A stretch of DNA of 48,697 nt from Octopus bimaculoides (Eukaryota): positions 114,399,225-114,447,921 of the forward strand of contig NC_068982.1 of NCBI RefSeq assembly GCF_001194135.2, given 5' to 3'. The notes under the pieces are model-generated. The model saw nothing but the letters and a program-made list of their open reading frames with translations, was not told the DNA's origin and made no database searches. The position numbers and the translations under genes are program-made. How positions within the stretch are numbered: position 1 is the stretch's first letter; each line of letters opens with the position of its first letter. This document shows, piece by piece, positions 36,925 through 48,697 of the stretch.

Positions 36925-37890
36925 AGGTAGCTGCCCACTCATACAGCGGATGATATGTAAATGCTTGTGAATTATATTTCTGCCTCTTGCAAGGCATTTG
37001 GACTCAGCATTAGCCTAGACAAGACTGTTGTAATGTTCCAGCCTGCACCAGGAAACCCATATGTTTGTCTACCTGGGCAGCACACTCAGCCGTTCTATCT
37101 CCCTGGGTGATGAAATATCTTTCAGACTGCAGAGAGCAACTGATTCTTTTGAGTCTCTTGAGTCTCGTGTCTGGTTCCAACATGGCATCACAAGGTGAAC
37201 AAACACTGCTGTGTCCCGTGCATGTTTACTGACATCGCTCCTTTGCTCATGTAAGACATGGGCCCTTTACAAACATCATGTAAAGGTCCTTGAACCCTTC
37301 CATCAGAGATGTCTGAGACACATTCTGAATGCTGCACGGACCTTAAAACTACAAATATACAGGTCCAGAGGAAACCCAATCTCCTGAGTATAGATGCGAT
37401 GATACACAAACACCGGTTACGTTGAACTGGACACCTTGTTAGAATTAATGATAGCAGGATCCCTAAACAGATGCTATATGGGGAAGACGTTAGTGGAAAG
37501 CTAAGACTGCGATTTAAGGATTGTGCAAAGTCCTCATTAAAGGCCTGTGAAATGCGGGAGGCTAAATGGGAGAGCAATGCTTGTCATCACCACGGATGGA
37601 GGAAACAGGCAAAGGAGGGAGTCGAGACCTTTGAAAGTGTACGCATTCTTCATGATGAATTTAAGCGTGCTGCTCGAAAACAGAAATGCAGTGCTAGTGT
37701 AATGAATGGGGAAAGCTTGGTCTGCAATGCTTGCAGTGGTGTATGTTTGTCAAGAGAAGGGTTCGTTAATCACCAACGGAACCGCAAGTGTAAAGTATAA
37801 TGTAGTCTTGAAAGCACAAGACTACTATAATGTAGTCTTCAGCGCAAAGTCAGTAATGGTTTTCCTCGGTCACGATTTGACCGCCATCAT
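36925..37890 (+). mobile_element. 5'-truncated RTE-clade LINE (RT C-terminus, terminal Zn-finger-like motif, 3' UTR)
   Basis: ASCKAFGLSISLDKTVVMFQPAPGNPYV, LRWTGHLVRINDSRIPKQMLYGE...RLRFKDCAKSSLKAC...WRKQAKEGVETFE...CNACSGVCLSREGFVNHQR. The 3' end is ATGGTTTTCCTCGGTCACGA...CCATCATCA. Confidence 0.88.
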
Positions 37891-37895
37891 CACAT

Positions 37896-37899
<4 letters not shown>

Positions 37900-37929
<30 letters not shown>

Positions 37930-37975
37930 TGTATGTATGCATGCATGCATGCATGTGTGTATGTATGTATGTATA
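37900..37975. repeat. (TATG)n microsatellite
   Basis: Direct. Confidence 0.95.
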
Positions 37976-37984
37976 CAACGAGAC

Positions 37985-38200
37985 AATAGACACTAACAAC
38001 ATGGACGCTTTAAATAACAACTCAGTAAAAGTTCTCGTGAAAACAGCCGAAGGTTACTGGAAAATCGTGATGAAAACGACATATTATCAAGGGAAAGCCT
38101 AGATCTGAGGAACAAATTAATAAGTTAAAGTAAACATTGAGAGAAAATAGAAATAGAAGAACAGAATAAACAGATATGTAGAAAGGACGTACGAAAAAAC
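37985..38200 (+). mobile_element. Possible R4/Dong pre-RT fragment
   Basis: LNNNSVKV...AEGYWK...YQGKA*I loosely parallels the pre-RT segment seen at ~32500-32650. The similarity is weak. Confidence 0.3.
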
Positions 38201-38759
38201 AGTAAGGACATCAAGAATACCAGAATGTAATAATGGAAAGAATTTATCTTTCTGATACTAAAGTTCAAGTTCTCTTCGTCAGCATGGATGTACCCATGTT
38301 TCACTATGAAAAAGAAAACTACAATCTAGCAATAAAGTGCTTCAATTTATGTACTTTTAGCGCAAATGCTTTTGCCTGGAATAATTTAGTGCATTTCTAG
38401 GCCCTATAATGTAGGAGTTTTGTCCTTCTAACAACACATAGACGATACTTCTCGCCATTGCTCCATTACTGATATTTAGAAAATAATGTGCGCGGAGGAG
38501 AAAGACATACACACATACATACATGCAGGACTTAGACACTGAGACACATATCAAAGAAACCCGAAGATTTAAAAGCATACACGCACAATAATGAATGCGT
38601 GTGGACAAGTTTGGACAAAAATATATAGAGAAGTGGATAAATTTTGCTTGCTTACAACATAAACGCTAAAACTTCTATCTTATGTAATTTCAAGTATTAT
38701 AAATGCAATTTGTATTGCACAGGTCTTTCTCTCTCTTCCTCCTTCTTCCCTCCCTCTCG

Positions 38760-38807
38760 CTCTCTATCACTTTCTATCACTCTCTCTCTCTCTCTCTCTC
38801 TCTCTAT

Positions 38808-38840
<33 letters not shown>
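38760..38840. repeat. (CT)n microsatellite
   Basis: Direct. Confidence 0.95.
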
Positions 38841-38844
<4 letters not shown>

Positions 38845-38954
38845 ACTCGTTTTCACTCGCTCTTTCGACTTATGTATACACACACAGATACATACATATA
38901 TGTGTGCATACTATATATATATATATGTGTGTGTATGTGTGTATGTGTGTATGT

Positions 38955-39187
38955 GTTATTTCTTTACTACCCACAAGGGGCTACACACAGAGGGGAGAAA
39001 CAAGTACAGACAAACGGATTAAGTCGATTATATCGACCCCAGTGCGTAACTGGTACTTATTTAATCGACCCCGAAAGGATGAAAGGCAAAGTGGACCTCG
39101 GCGGAATTTGAACTCAGAACGTAGCGGCAGACGAAATACCGCTAAGCATTTCGCCCGGCGTGCTAACGTTTCTGCCAGCTCGCCGCC
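38955..39187 (-). mobile_element. Full-length, apparently young family A SINE
   Basis: Complete head GGCGGCGAGCTGGCAGAAACGTTAGCACGCCGGGCGAAATGCTTAGCGG, B-box GAGTTCAAATTCC, and tail ...CCCCTTGTGGGTAGTAAAGAAATAAC. Inserted in a TG/TA microsatellite. Confidence 0.92.
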
Positions 39188-39289
39188 TTGTGTATGTGTG
39201 TATACGTGATAGTGTGTGTGAGTATGTATGCGTCTGTGTGTGTAGGTGTGTATGTATATATGTATATATATGTGTATATATTATCGTTC

Positions 39290-39434
39290 TTCTTTTATTT
39301 GTTCCAGTCATTAGACAGCTACCATGATGGTGCATCACCTTAAGGAGTGTAGTCGAACAAATCAAACGCCAATGCTTATTCTGCAGAACAGATAAGTTAC
39401 GGAGAAGTTAACAAACCAATACCTGTTCTCAAGC
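39290..39434 (-). mobile_element. Partial family D repeat
   Basis: TCTTTTATTTGTTCCAGTCATTAGACAGC.ACCATGATGGTGCATCACCTT...TAGTCGAACAAATC...TAAGTTACGG aligns to 5365-5510. Confidence 0.7.
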
Positions 39435-39797
39435 NNNNNNNNNNNNNNNNNNNNNNNNNNNNNNNNNNNNNNNNNNNNNNNNNNNNNNNNNNNNNNNNNN
39501 NNNNNNNNNNNNNNNNNNNNNNNNNNNNNNNNNNNNNNNNNNNNNNNNNNNNNNNNNNNNNNNNNNNNNNNNNNNNNNNNNNNNNNNNNNNNNNNNNNNN
39601 NNNNNNNNNNNNNNNNNNNNNNNNNNNNNNNNNNNNNNNNNNNNNNNNNNNNNNNNNNNNNNNNNNNNNNNNNNNNNNNNNNNNNNNNNNNNNNNNNNNN
39701 NNNNNNNNNNNNNNNNNNNNNNNNNNNNNNNNNNNNNNNNNNNNNNNNNNNNNNNNNNNNNNNNNNNNNNNNNNNNNNNNNNNNNNNNNNNNNNNNN

Positions 39798-39831
<34 letters not shown>

Positions 39832-40029
39832 TATATACTTACATATATCACATTTATATATAGATAGATGCGTACATGCATACATTGATATATGCATAAC
39901 ATGCCTACATATAAATATAAACACACAAACACACATGTATACGAACATACATAGGAACTTGCATACATACAGAAAAACATACATACATTCCTATATACGC
40001 TTACATATACAAAAGTATAGTCATGTAAT

Positions 40030-40310
40030 TATGGCAGACCACAGACAATGACCAGGGACAGAGAAAAGAAATTATGCACAGTTGTGAAAATCAGTTGTCG
40101 AGCGGACATTAACACATTGTTAAAGATAAAAGAAAAGTGACAACATCTATGCCGAACTAATGAAAAATTTATAGATAATCTATCTGGACTACCTGTAATT
40201 ATTGAAAAACTTGGTCATATAGTTAACTGCCTAAGCACCAATCTTGAGAAGCTGGATTTCACAAAAACAGAAAAGAGATGGCTGATTAGGAAGTTACAAA
40301 TGCAAAATAT
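40030..40310 (+). mobile_element. Decayed R4/Dong endonuclease-domain fragment (same lineage as 46 kb)
   Basis: DREKKLCTVVKISCRADINTLLKIKEK/DNIYAELMKNL...PVII..LG.IVNCLSTNLEKLDFTKTEKRWLIRKLQMQN. Truncated by the assembly gap. Confidence 0.8.
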
Positions 40311-40915
40311 NNNNNNNNNNNNNNNNNNNNNNNNNNNNNNNNNNNNNNNNNNNNNNNNNNNNNNNNNNNNNNNNNNNNNNNNNNNNNNNNNNNNNNNNNN
40401 NNNNNNNNNNNNNNNNNNNNNNNNNNNNNNNNNNNNNNNNNNNNNNNNNNNNNNNNNNNNNNNNNNNNNNNNNNNNNNNNNNNNNNNNNNNNNNNNNNNN
40501 NNNNNNNNNNNNNNNNNNNNNNNNNNNNNNNNNNNNNNNNNNNNNNNNNNNNNNNNNNNNNNNNNNNNNNNNNNNNNNNNNNNNNNNNNNNNNNNNNNNN
40601 NNNNNNNNNNNNNNNNNNNNNNNNNNNNNNNNNNNNNNNNNNNNNNNNNNNNNNNNNNNNNNNNNNNNNNNNNNNNNNNNNNNNNNNNNNNNNNNNNNNN
40701 NNNNNNNNNNNNNNNNNNNNNNNNNNNNNNNNNNNNNNNNNNNNNNNNNNNNNNNNNNNNNNNNNNNNNNNNNNNNNNNNNNNNNNNNNNNNNNNNNNNN
40801 NNNNNNNNNNNNNNNNNNNNNNNNNNNNNNNNNNNNNNNNNNNNNNNNNNNNNNNNNNNNNNNNNNNNNNNNNNNNNNNNNNNNNNNNNNNNNNNNNNNN
40901 NNNNNNNNNNNNNNN

Positions 40916-41048
40916 CGTATGTACATACCTACCTATCTACCTACCTACCTACCTACATACATGCATACGTACATACATACATACATACATACATACATAC
41001 ATACATACATACATACATACATACTAGCATACATGCATACATACATAG
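40916..41048. repeat. (CATA)n microsatellite
   Basis: Direct. Confidence 0.95.
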
Positions 41049-41199
41049 AGGAGTACCGAACTGATGTTATCTAAATTCCAATGAATGTATCTTGCTTCGA
41101 GTTGAAAATTGACACGCTTTGAGTGAGAAAATCTGAAAATTGAACAAGAATATACGTTCATGCTTGTTCGTATATATGCCTGCATAGATTTACATGCAT

Positions 41200-41315
<116 letters not shown>

Positions 41316-42015
41316 TGTGATGAACAGTTGTATGAAGCTACTTATGTATTTTCCGGAACTCAAGCGCAAATAACAGTAAAATGGAAAAATTTCTGATAAT
41401 ACAAAAGTAAACGAAGTAAGTACAATGATGATATGGCAGCTGGTTAAAGCTTAAAACTTATAAGATACCAAAACATCCTGAAGGCGGAAATGTAGTGAAC
41501 CAATCACTCGTGATTTTAATCCAAAATGGCAGTGATAATGGATATAAATATATGAATAAGACATCATATCATATTTGTCACAATTTCTCGGTTGAAGAAT
41601 TTTGCAGACGTCTTACACTGTGGTTTGACCAGCATCAGCTTCTCAATAATCGGAAACGATGTTCCGAGATGATTTCTCTGTTATAGAACCAGTCAAAAGA
41701 CATTAGAATTCTTCAATGTTAATTCCTTTATAATAAAAGGTTAACTTCGATATTTTTCTTTTCGTCTTATCCTCTTTTTACCTTTTGACCATTTTGGTAT
41801 TTTAAAGGCAAGAAAACGCGTCACACATATATTTAAAAAGAAATATTGTGACAATATTTTGGTAAGTATTTTAAAATGAGCAGTCTTTAACTTTGAAAAC
41901 ATTTGTTTATAATGAACTATGCACAATTTTCTGATTTTGTTCAAGCAAACTTTTTTAACATCATCACATTAGGAAGTTTAGAGCATTCGCTATGTCGTAA
42001 AAGGATAAAGACCCC

Positions 42016-42314
42016 TTCAGTCATGAATGACCATGGGATTGCACTTAGAAGGTCCCCTCCGAGGCAAAAGTCCAGGCAAGGTTGTTTATAGAAGACTAGC
42101 AGTCACCCATGCAAACCAGCCTCCCCTCTCCACACTACTGATGTTATCCAAGAGAAAGGCCCATACAGCTTGGCACTAGTGACGTCGCAACTTATTTCTA
42201 GAGATGAGTTAACTGGAACAACGTGAAATAAAGTGTCTTGCTCAAGACCACAACACACAGTCCGCTCTGGAAATTGAACTCACTATCTCTAACCAATGAG
42301 CCATGTGCCTTCAC
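42016..42314 (-). mobile_element. tRNA-derived SINE, family C
   Basis: The reverse complement starts GTGAAGGCACATGGCTCATTGGTTAGAG (A-box-like), then GAGTTCAATTTCC (B-box-like), then TGTGGTCTTGAGCAAGACACTTTATTTCAC. That last motif resembles the GTGTCCTTGAGCAAGACACTT segment shared by several metazoan SINE superfamilies. Confidence 0.8.
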
Positions 42315-44114
42315 CACTACTACGGAGTAATTAATTATTTTATGAATTTCAACTGAATATTTAATTTATATTTTCTAGAATCCTTATAATACTTTATACC
42401 TTCATTTCTAATTGCCAAACCGAGTTCCATCTAGGTTATTGAATAAGAGTTCGAATATTTTAGATGTATTAAAAGTGGTGAAATGGAAGAATTGCTAGAC
42501 AAATGGAGGAAATGCTAAATGGCGTTTATTTATGTATGTTTATTCTCAGCTGATACATCTCTGAGCTCGACATTGCTTGTCATTCTTTCGGAGACGATAA
42601 AATCAAGTACTAGCCAAGAACTAACTCTCTCCAAAATTTCAGCTATTGCACCTTGGCTACGCTGAAACACGTTTCATTTATTCAATTAAACAGTCGTCAA
42701 CCGCATCTGAATATCTGCTGCAAACTCAACACTATAAATTCTTTTAATATGCATTCTATAAATATAACCAGTCTGTCTGTACAGTGCATTCTGTTGATTA
42801 TCCTCCTTCCCAGTCAACACAGATTGCACAACCATATATTTTAAACATGACCCTATATATAAACGTAATCATTCCATCCCGCATTATCCTAGGTGTCCTT
42901 TTCTAAGAATATAGGATGTTATTTGAGAAATATTTGACTACTACTTTATGTAAATCGGGGAACCTCGTCAAAATTCCTTCATTGAGTCTTGTGAGGACAT
43001 TTATGATCACCAGTATGAGGATATGAACAATGGTAACTAAACAATACATGCTACACTTTTATACATTCAACAATACACATACACACACAAGTACATACAT
43101 GCATACATAACTACATACATGCATACATACACATACACAATACATACATGCACACATACAAACATACATGAATTCATACATACATACATATGTACGCACG
43201 CACGTACGTATGTAGGTAAGTACATACATACGTCCATACATACATACATACATAATATCTAATGTGTTGGTAGTGAGAGCTATTAATGATGTGAAGAGCT
43301 GATCATAGCCCAGACTCCGAAGATCAGATGTCCCCATCCTCTTTAAACTTAATATGTGTTTTCTCGATCTACTAAATAGAGCCGCCAAAGTTCTTACAAA
43401 TCATAATCTATCGCATTGAAAAGCAAAAACGTATTAGACCATATATTTGCAGATATTCAATAGGACAAGATGCTCATAGCCGAAATGATTGGTTTCCTCC
43501 ATCAAAGCTGGGTTTAAAAAGCAACAACATCAAGAGCAACCAGTACAGTAAGTTTTTGATATCCATGCAACGTTTGCATTCTTTAGATAATAGATTTATT
43601 AGAACATAAAAACATCAATTACAGTTGTTCCGTTCTTTGATTTCATGTATATTCTAAAATTATAAAAATGCAACGAGCTTATACACACAGTCCTCACACA
43701 TAGATGTACCCCGATATTCCTTTACCACTTTTCCTAACTTTTCAAAATTAAAACTGATAAAGATCAAAAGTGAAATGGAACATAAAATAAACTCTAATTG
43801 TTTTTTTTAAGTATTCAAATTTCTATTCACTGGTATCTGCATTATTTCTTTATTCTGTTTGTTTCCTAATAGTTTCTATCCCTTCTGGATGGTAGAGCGA
43901 CACATTCTACAAAGAATATAGCAGAGGTTTTTGTGGGGGGCGGGGAGGTTTACAGCCTTTACCTGGCTCTTTATTTTTCGGAGCTTCTTGAACTGATGAA
44001 AGATAGAAGGTTATCGTCATACCAGATACGTGGCCAGATCTCTGCAACTCTACAAAAGGTACCCGATAATCAAGCAGTCCTCTTAAACCGATTAACGGAA
44101 TAAGCCTACCACCC

Positions 44115-44310
44115 AAGAATTCAGAACACAGAGAACCAGAGCAAACAGCACACAGAACATTTCGTCCGTTGCTCTAACAATTCCGCCTAAATCTACTGCT
44201 TTTTTTAAAGTTCCTAAAACGTTGACCACGGTGGGATTTGGATTCAGATCGCAGACAACTACAGATACCGCAAAGCTTTTTGTCCCTCAACGACGTTAGA
44301 TTCAGCTAAT
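44115..44310 (-). mobile_element. Two adjacent highly diverged family A-like SINE heads
   Basis: GAATTCAGAACACAGAG...CATTTCGTCCG..GCTCTAAC.ATTC and GGATTTGGATTCAGATCG...ATACCGCAAAGC correspond to the reverse-strand family A head. Confidence 0.45.
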
Positions 44311-45856
44311 TTGCAATTAACTTGGAAAGTGACTCAATTGACTCAGATGTATGCACCTTGTGAGCAACCCTTCCCTAAAGTTGTTTAGAATTTTAAAACG
44401 ATAAACAAGGAAAATAACTCAACTGAATTTTTTGGAAAATACTGCGATGTAGTTAGGTGTGGATCTTGTCTTTAAAGTCAATTAAAGCATGGAAAGCAAT
44501 GGATAAGCTCCTTCTTGGAACCACTCAGCGAGAGAGTTGTTCTATTTATTAGCAACACTAAGAGTGATCGATATCTAGAGAAAGAGAGGAAATAGAGTCA
44601 GGCAAATAGCAGCGCATCAGCGTTGATGCATTTTGGCATTCAATACAGTTGGGAGTTTTAATCCCTCTTATGTCCACTTTCCTTGCCATCGCTTTGGAGT
44701 AGATGAAATAGTATCAGTCTTATACTGGGGTAGATTTAATTGGCAAATACATTATCCTTCTACCAATACGTGATCTCATGACAATGGGGAAAAATCAATA
44801 TTTTCTATGTCCAACGCATTTTTCGTCAATATTGAGTTGACTTGTGGCTCGGCAGCAGACACTCGAATTAGCAGTATATATCGGAAATATTTTCAAGTTG
44901 CACAGCTATTTATACACCGAATCAGTTCTACAAAAGACACATAATCACGTACATTGTGTAATTACACACACACTACTAATTTGATAATCACAAAGTATGT
45001 TATAGGATAATTAAATACTTGAAAGTCAATGAAAAGTTACTGACGCTCATTAAAAGTTTGATATGGTTTTCAGATATTTAGATTTTTGCGCATGTTTTCA
45101 ATCCTTGCAGATATTAACAAATCTTTCAGTTGGGTGAAAAGCAAATCACAAAAAATATATTCAGAGAATGCAGTATCACCAGACACCTTCAAACTTTATA
45201 CCCGGAATTGTAAACATATTTTTAAGCGTATCTTTAAAATATAGCTAAATATATATTTACTAGCACGCTCGTGTCAATCGAAAATGCTGACAGTAATATT
45301 AATGATAGAAAATGACATTATCAAAATAATGAGAAAAACTATTGATAAATGTCAGTAATCGAGTAAGTATATATACATACACAGAATTGAAGTACTTGAA
45401 GAATCAAATACCGTTGTAATGTTTCGGTTGGAAATATTGGCCACATAATGTATGTATATATATATATATGAAACATCCACTATTGCTCGTTGTATCACAA
45501 ACGTTTTGTACTGCGGGATGTTCTTCGTGTTGCCATCTCTCACCTATTTTCAAGCAATGTTTCACCATGACCGGACGTGCTTACACGGCAAACTGGAAAC
45601 GAAGAACACTTCTTGCGCATGACAGTAACACTTTCTCACTATCATTGCCCCATGTCAAGGTAAGGGGACAAACACTCACACTCACTCACACACACACACA
45701 CACACATAAACACACACACGTAGACATATATATGTATACATACATATAGGTGTATATATTCATGTACATATACATATATATATAAAAAATATACACATAC
45801 ATACATATATATAGAGAGAGAGACACACACACAGACATATGCATGCATGTATGCAT

Positions 45857-45917
45857 ACATACATACATACATACATACATACATACATACATACATACAT
45901 ACATACATACATACATA
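45857..45917. repeat. (CATA)n microsatellite
   Basis: Direct. Confidence 0.95.
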
Positions 45918-46627
45918 CAAAAACCCACAATATGATAGAAGCCATAGCCACTCATAATAAAACGCAATATTAGTGGAATGTCCCAGTGAAGACCTCAATA
46001 AAATGTTAACACAACAGACCTGATATAATGATTTGGGGTAGAGAAGAGAAAATGTGCACAGTTGTGGAAATTAGCTGCCCAGCGGATGTTAACATACAGC
46101 TGAAGATCAGTGAAAAAGAGAACATCTATGCTAAACTATTGAAAAACTTGCAGTTACTCTATCCAGATTACAAGTTCAGGTTTATACCTGTAATTATTGG
46201 GGCTCTGGGATATGTAACACACTGCCTAAATACCAATCTGGAGAAATTAGACTTCTCAAAACCAGAAAGGAGAAAGCTAATTCGAAGATTACAGATCCAA
46301 TCTATTACTGGAACTGTAAAAATGTGTAAAATTTTCCAGAAGTTTATCATTTAAATATATATGAGCATGTCTAGATATGCAACTATATGCATCAGAATAC
46401 TTACATAAAGCAAAACCTACAAACATGCACATATACATGGATACATGAGAATACATACATAAAACATACAAATCTGCACATACATACATACATACATACA
46501 TACATACATACATACATACAAACATAACTTGTTGATGTTGAAATTCCAATAAAGGAGACTTGGATCTAGGTTAGGAACCGGTTCTGTCCCTATTCGCAAA
46601 GAATCTTGAAATAAACTGACTAATGAC
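45918..46627 (+). mobile_element. 5'-truncated R4/Dong-clade element: restriction-like endonuclease domain plus 3' UTR, embedded in (CATA)n
   Basis: Y*WNVPVKTSIKC*HNRPDIMIWGREEKMCTVVEISCPADVNIQLKISEKENIYAKLLKNLQLLYPDYKFRFIPVIIGALG...GTVKMCKIFQKFII* (ORF 46028-46354), with the REL motif RPD..E..P...K. The 3' end is ...GAATCTTGAAATAAACTGACTAATGA CATACATA. Confidence 0.9.
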
Positions 46628-46709
46628 ATACATAAACATGTGTGTGAGTGTGTTTATTCCTATACACTGATACATACACATAGATATTTATATACACTTT
46701 TGCATGTGC

Positions 46710-46823
<114 letters not shown>

Positions 46824-47924
46824 GTGTGCGTGCACCAATGTTTGTTTACATTTTTGGGATGGATGAAATCTGTAAAATATGTTAATCATTCATTACTTGG
46901 AACTGGGAATATTTTGAAAATAAGAGTTCAATATTTAATTGCATATATACATGTGTGTGCGCGCGCGCGTGCGTGCGTGTGTGAAACTAATAAAGTAATG
47001 CAATATACATTAAAAATTAGCAGTTTTATTTGGAATAAAATACCAACGACCGAAAACCTTTGATTACAGTTTGCCTGCATTTAGTGTCTCTGACTGTCAC
47101 TCCCTCCCACTCCGTTTGTTTCAGTCTTCTCCTACCGGCGTGACCTGACGATATACACATTGTGTTTTATTATATGTAAGATTCATTTGTTATGTAAGCT
47201 TTTTGACGTATAAACAGGATAGCACAGGAACTTAATAAGATTGAGATCCTTCTGTTAGACTTGTATATTTTCTCCTTGAAATACAATTCCGAAACAACCC
47301 AATGATTGCGCCGCTCTTGACTAGCTAGAAATAGAAACCAATATCTCTCAGACTCGTTTTATTGCCTTTAAAAAATGACTTTTGATAATATAGTTCTAGA
47401 TACACCGTATCTTTAAATAAATTATGACTGTCTCGGCTTGAATGCATTTGATCAACGCTCAACTTGATCAAGCAGACCGGTGATCAACGTGATCGTTGCT
47501 ATTATCCTGATTAGGATAATGAGTATCATCAGGAAAATTAAAATTAGCATTACGCTCATTAATAATAAATTACCTATCTTTCATGGTGTTGCAAGCAAGG
47601 ATATTTCAGCTTCCCACCTACCATACAGAAAATATTGTAAGCTCCAGAAAAGTCAGTTTCATGACTTGTCAATTTGAAGTGAAATCATTTTCACTTCTTT
47701 TCAGCTACGTGTCTTCTAGTCTCATCATAAACAACAGTGAAACTTAATTATCGTTGACACAGATAAATGAACAGAAAGTTTTCATGAGACAGCAAAAGAA
47801 TCTCAAAATTGCTTCTGAACCTGCAAGAAATAGCAGACAATTCTCCTGTAAATGACATCTTACCCTCATGTAAAGAAGGGGAACACAAGGAATAATGTAA
47901 AAATGCTTTCAAATGTTGGCACGA

Positions 47925-48111
47925 GACCAGCAATTTTATGTGGAGTAATCGATTACATCGACTCCAGTACACAACTTCTTATTTTAACGAGCCTGAAAAG
48001 ATGAAAGGCAAAATCAACCTCAGCGCAGTGTGAACTCAGAGCATAAAGAAACGGAGGAGATGTTGCTAAGCATTATGTCGAACGTGCTAATGATTCTGAC
48101 TGCTCAGCGCC
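47925..48111 (-). mobile_element. Diverged family A SINE
   Basis: AATCGATTACATCGACTCCAGTAC...GATGAAAGGCAAAATCAACCTCAGCG...TGAACTCAGAGC...GCTAAGCATT...CGTGCTAATGATTCTG...CAGCGCC. Confidence 0.8.
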
Positions 48112-48129
48112 TTAACACAATGGATAATA

Positions 48130-48250
48130 TAACAACCTTTTCTACTATAGTAACAAGGCCTGAATTTTTTTATATCGATCCCTGTGCTCAAATGCTATTT
48201 ATTTCATTGACTCCGAAAGGTTGAGAGGCAAAGTCGATCACGGTGGCATA
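48130..48250 (-). mobile_element. Partial family A SINE (tail and body, head lost)
   Basis: CCTTTTCTACTATAGTAACAAGGCCTGAATTT...GACTCCGAAAGGTTGAGAGGCAAAGTCGATCACGGTGG. Confidence 0.7.
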
Positions 48251-48262
48251 TGATAATGTAAT

Positions 48263-48490
48263 AATCCTTTCTACTAAAGGCACAAGACCTGAAATTTTGG
48301 GTGAGGGACCTACTTGTCGATTACATTGACGCCAGTACTCAACTAGTACTTACTTTATCGATCCCGAAAGGATGAAAGGTAAAGTCGACCTCTGTGAGAT
48401 TTGAACTCGGAACGTAAAGACGGGCGAAATGTCGCTAAGCTAACGATTCTGCCCGGCGTGCTAACGATTCTACCAGCTCGCCGCTTTAAT
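48263..48490 (-). mobile_element. Full-length family A SINE with a perfect 12-bp TSD
   Basis: Flanked by TGATAATGTAAT at 48251-48262 and 48491-48502. Internal duplication of GCTAACGATTCT. Confidence 0.9.
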
Positions 48491-48697
48491 TGATAATGTA
48501 ATGATGGATACATAATGACATTTCAAATAAAAAAAAAAAAACATTTTATCACAGGACGCCTTTAATCATAAAAGTGTTTAATCAACATTAATCAGTTGAT
48601 AAACCATAAGAACCACTATTCAGGGATTTAGGGAACAATTCAAATCAATAACAGGCATACACATACACGTAAATATATATATATATATATATATATA

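Noticed and set aside
38703-39209. 168-aa ORF (and 38644-39111)
   Set aside because: Composed of microsatellites plus the antisense of a family A SINE.

Overview
Eukaryotic, AT-rich, microsatellite-dense draft-assembly DNA with 8 N-gaps (~3.8 kb in total). The dominant SINE families match ones I recognise from Octopus (cephalopod) genomes; the species assignment is recollection or inference and is not provable here. I find no intact protein-coding gene, RNA gene, CRISPR array or prokaryote-type system. Almost every ORF in the supplied track is an artefact of microsatellites, N-gaps or SINEs. The window is essentially a retroelement graveyard. It holds >10 copies of one tRNA-derived SINE, several other SINE-like families, decayed RTE and CR1/L2-group LINE pieces, and 5-6 remnants of R4/Dong-clade non-LTR retrotransposons (RT, CCHC knuckle, restriction-like endonuclease). 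Best leads: (1) an R4/Dong lineage whose copies end in or sit within (CATA)n rather than the classic Dong (TAA)n, alongside a separate (TAA)n-tailed Dong lineage; (2) an RTE-type 5' region that can be drawn as a decayed HDV-like ribozyme; (3) a 180-bp local duplication that copied an endonuclease-deleted Dong; (4) a few unannotated candidate small exons and regulatory islands. None of these is demonstrated, and I do not see a clear intact novel system.
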